From Terracidiphilus sp. (GTDB taxonomy: Bacteria > Acidobacteriota > Terriglobia > Terriglobales > Acidobacteriaceae), in assembly GCA_049514915.1 (NCBI GenBank), contig JBEKUP010000014.1, positions 27,887 through 91,886 of the forward strand: 64,000 bases of DNA, written 5' to 3'. Made by a program: the position numbers and the translations under genes. This document shows, piece by piece, positions 63,167 through 64,000 of the stretch. The first letter of the stretch is position 1. Each line of letters opens with the position of its first letter. Below the pieces are notes generated by a model that was given only the letters and a program-made list of their open reading frames with translations, was not told the DNA's origin and ran no database searches.

Positions 63167-64000
63167 TTACGACGAAGTCACAAACAAGTCGGCAATCAGC
63201 GTTCCAATCGGCGATCCGATCCCGCTGCAAGGGTCGGGGCCCACAGCCGCGTTATAAAATCCGTTGCCGCCTACGGTGATGTCGTTGAATGCCGTCTGAT
63301 TCTGCCACAGCGTGGGCGTGACAAAGCCGAGCTTTGTTCCAAACGAGGCAAAGAGTCCAGCGAATAGCGGCGCAACCGCGCTCGTCCCGCCCACCACGGT
63401 TTGCGAGCCGTGAACCACAATCTCGTAGCCGGTATTAGGGTCCGCATCCGCAGCCACGTCTGGCACCATCCTTCCCGCTCCCGCGGTTGAACCCGCCGGA
63501 GCAGGCGGCGCGCCAATCTGAAAAGTCTGCACGGGAAAGAGGGTGGAGTAGCCGCCTCCCGTTCCTTCGCCATTGGTCTCGCCTGGATTGTCATTCCAAA
63601 CCGTCTCGGCTGTCGTAGTTTTGTTCGTGCCGCCACAACCCACCACGTGCGGGCACGACGACGGACAATCCACATTGGCCGGCGTCGGCCCTCCATCGCT
63701 CGAATCGTTATCTCCCGCGGCGGCAAACACAATCATGCCCGCAGCGGTTGCCGCCGTCGCATCGGATTCCATCTGTTCAGCAGCTGTCGTGCCCCAGTTG
63801 GCCTCGTCGGAGCCCCATGAAATGGAGCAGACATCGCAGCCGTCGGCCGTTGCCTTCTGCACCGCGGTGCCGATGTCCTGGGACCAGTAAACGCGGATCG
63901 TGGCCGCTTTGCCGGTCGCCGCATAGTACGCCGCGCCGGATACCTGGATGTCGAGAGCCACTTCGTAATCCGGATCGTCTGCGGACCCAATGCTCTGGTT
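63167..64000 (-). CDS. Sedolisin/kumamolisin-like S53 serine peptidase, partial (N-terminus beyond the right window edge)
   Basis: 'DPDYEVALDIQ' (catalytic Glu/Asp context), 'CSISWG', and 'VGGTSAVAPLFAGLFA' (catalytic Ser motif). The frame stays open upstream of the track's GTG at 63961 (NQSIGSADDPDYEV...) to position 64000. Confidence 0.8.
   Translation of the reverse strand, partial: NQSIGSADDPDYEVALDIQVSGAAYYAATGKAATIRVYWSQDIGTAVQKATADGCDVCSISWGSDEANWGTTAAEQMESDATAATAAGMIVFAAAGDNDSSDGGPTPANVDCPSSCPHVVGCGGTNKTTTAETVWNDNPGETNGEGTGGGYSTLFPVQTFQIGAPPAPAGSTAGAGRMVPDVAADADPNTGYEIVVHGSQTVVGGTSAVAPLFAGLFASFGTKLGFVTPTLWQNQTAFNDITVGGNGFYNAAVGPDPCSGIGSPIGTLIADLFVTSS

Overview
This is a high-GC bacterial chromosome segment, most likely from an Acidobacteriota (Terriglobia-like) genome. 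The taxon call rests on an ADOP-type duplicated FtsX permease, a TIGR03435-type protein, CarboxypepD_reg-domain proteins and short dispersed intergenic repeats of the kind I associate with that phylum. All family calls come from reading motifs in the supplied translations; no searches were run.

Layout:
- 1-16.3 kb holds ordinary envelope and housekeeping genes: two tandem CarboxypepD_reg proteins, an APC permease, a porin, an HTH-TOBE regulator, a GAF-PAS histidine kinase, dxs, an amidohydrolase, an SRPBCC protein and a DUF2127-like protein.
- 16.7-60.4 kb holds a complete, co-linear, all-plus-strand dcw cell-wall/division cluster: mraZ-rsmH-ftsL-ftsI-murE-murF-mraY-murD-ftsW-murG-murC-ftsQ-ftsA-ftsZ. 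murB and ddl are absent. The cluster is stretched to about 44 kb by four blocks of unrelated genes.
- 60.7-64 kb holds a transpeptidase-only PBP, a DedA-rhodanese fusion and a partial S53 peptidase.

The four inserted blocks:
1. ftsI|murE: an ArsR-AHSA1 pair, an AlkD-like repair protein, two small paralogous ORFs with a shared C-terminal motif, and a YcxB-like protein.
2. murF|mraY: a subclass-B3-like metallo-beta-lactamase, an AT-richer DUF4241-like ORF, and a RES-Xre toxin-antitoxin pair.
3. murG|murC: two secreted Gly/aromatic-rich proteins, a second RES-Xre pair, an ECF sigma factor with a small membrane protein, an acid phosphatase, a divergent ADOP permease/TIGR03435 pair, an atypical receiver, and an FtsX remnant.
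4. murC|ftsQ: a GH30 hydrolase, a GGDEF protein, a methyltransferase, a lipoprotein, a 904-aa FG-GAP/Ig-like surface protein, a frameshifted dehydrogenase, and a secreted hypothetical.

Non-coding structure worth attention:
- a 10-nt-phased AGTGG array upstream of mraZ, a candidate MraZ operator;
- a 164-bp element with perfect 30-bp terminal inverted repeats that supplies the last codons and stop of rsmH;
- inverted heptanucleotide arrays between ftsL and ftsI;
- a 500-nt AT-rich region with direct repeats upstream of ftsQ;
- a three-copy dispersed repeat family;
- a strong terminator hairpin oriented against both flanking genes.

I saw no rRNA, tRNA, CRISPR array, integrase or transposase. 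Many start codons are uncertain; preferred starts are given with reasons.
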